Origin: Luteimonas sp.
Lineage (GTDB): Bacteria > Pseudomonadota > Gammaproteobacteria > Xanthomonadales > Xanthomonadaceae
Length of the DNA stretch: 64,000 nucleotides
Direction: 5' to 3'
Assembly: GCA_036515815.1 (NCBI GenBank)
Contig: DATBUS010000090.1
Coordinates: 472 to 64,471 of the forward strand
The notes beneath the pieces are model-generated. The model did no database searches, was not told the DNA's origin, and was given only the letters and a program-made list of their open reading frames with translations. The translations under genes and the position numbers were made by a program. Below, in pieces: positions 63,095 through 64,000 of this stretch (positions within the stretch are counted from its first letter, which is position 1; every line of letters begins with the position of its first letter).

Positions 63095-64000
63095 CTAGTT
63101 TGCCACGGCCGCCGCCGCCGGGCTCGCGGCCACGGCGGGGACCAGCACCTTCTGCCCGCGGGGCGCGCTGCCGGACAGTGCCGGATTGAGGCGCCGCAGG
63201 CGTGCAGCATCCAGGCCATGGCGCCGTGCGTAGCCGTCGAGGCCGGCCGGCTCCTCGCCGAGGTCGACGGCGACCAGCCGGGTCACGGGACGGTCGAGCG
63301 ACTGCGCCCAGGCAGCATCGCTGCCGGCTTCGACCATCAGGCAGGACAGTGCATGCAGCTTGCGCACATAGGCGCGGGTGATGCCGGCCAGGCTTTCGAG
63401 CCGTTCCGGATCGGCGTCCGCCGGGCGTTGGCCGTGGCGACGCAGCGCGCCGAGCACGCGGTACTCGCCGGCATTGAAGGCCATGACGGCCAGTCGCCAG
63501 TCGCCGGCGAACATGCCGTGCAGGGTCTTCAGGTAGCGCACCGCCGCGCGGGTGGCGTCCACGGGCGACAGCCGGCCGTCGTAGCCCTTGCGGACCGGGA
63601 TCTGGTGGTTGCGCGCGGTCACCGCGATGAATTGCCAGAGGCCGGCGGGACCGCTGCTGCTGCGTGCGCCGGGCCGGTAGCCACTTTCGACGAAGGGAAT
63701 GAGCGCGTATTCGGTCGGAAGGTGGGCGGCCCGCAACGCGTCGACGACGTAGCCGAAAAGCGGCAACACCTCGCCTTCGTTCGCGGCGAGCTGCCCGGGC
63801 ACATGGGCGAAATGCGCGCGCCAGCGTGGGCTCGCGTCCTCGCAACCCGGCTGCGCCAAGCCTTCGACGAAGCGCTGGTAGATGGCTGCGCCGCTCGTGG
63901 CGCGCTCGGGCCCGGGCACTGCCGCCGCCTGGCCCGTGGGTGCCGGCGCGACAGCGGCGGAGGCGTCCGTCGGCTCGCCTCCCGCATCCGCGGAACCCTG
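63095..64000 (-). CDS. Lytic transglycosylase (MltD-like SLT domain plus LysM-like tail), 5' end beyond window
   Basis: [48 protein letters not shown]-like ITRAYV, LRRLNP. Confidence 0.85.
   Translation of the reverse strand, partial: QGSADAGGEPTDASAAVAPAPTGQAAAVPGPERATSGAAIYQRFVEGLAQPGCEDASPRWRAHFAHVPGQLAANEGEVLPLFGYVVDALRAAHLPTEYALIPFVESGYRPGARSSSGPAGLWQFIAVTARNHQIPVRKGYDGRLSPVDATRAAVRYLKTLHGMFAGDWRLAVMAFNAGEYRVLGALRRHGQRPADADPERLESLAGITRAYVRKLHALSCLMVEAGSDAAWAQSLDRPVTRLVAVDLGEEPAGLDGYARRHGLDAARLRRLNPALSGSAPRGQKVLVPAVAASPAAAAVAN

Overview
High-GC gammaproteobacterial chromosome segment. Gene order and protein styles point to Xanthomonadaceae/Lysobacteraceae, probably Luteimonas/Lysobacter-like (inference). 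1-13.9 kb is accessory: a candidate Zur box between a TonB-dependent receptor and a MerC-domain gene followed by ribosomal protein Thx (bS31), an M19 dipeptidase, hutI/hutF, a phospholipase-like protein, a multidomain CwhA-type cell-wall amidase with LGFP repeats, an ECF sigma/membrane protein/serine hydrolase trio, an M14 peptidase-RidA fusion and a NPP-family lipoprotein. 14.1-24.1 kb is an intact Xanthomonadales-type T4SS structural operon (virB7-8-9-10-11-1-2-3-4-5-6) with no virD4 and no effector/immunity pair in the window. The rest is mostly conserved core: thrS (with an apparent Thr-dependent attenuator)-infC-rpmI-rplT-pheST-ihfA-MerR-tRNA-Pro, TraB/GumN, a GGDEF protein, dxs, HNH, acyl-CoA dehydrogenase, phoBR-ppk1-ppx, M48 protease, grxC, IDH, NhaC-family transporter, a five-tRNA cluster, tig-clpP-clpX-lon-HU-tRNA-Val/Asp-ppiD, fabI and a partial lytic transglycosylase. 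No CRISPR array, IS element, integrase or rRNA seen. All family assignments come from motif recognition and recall; no database search was run.
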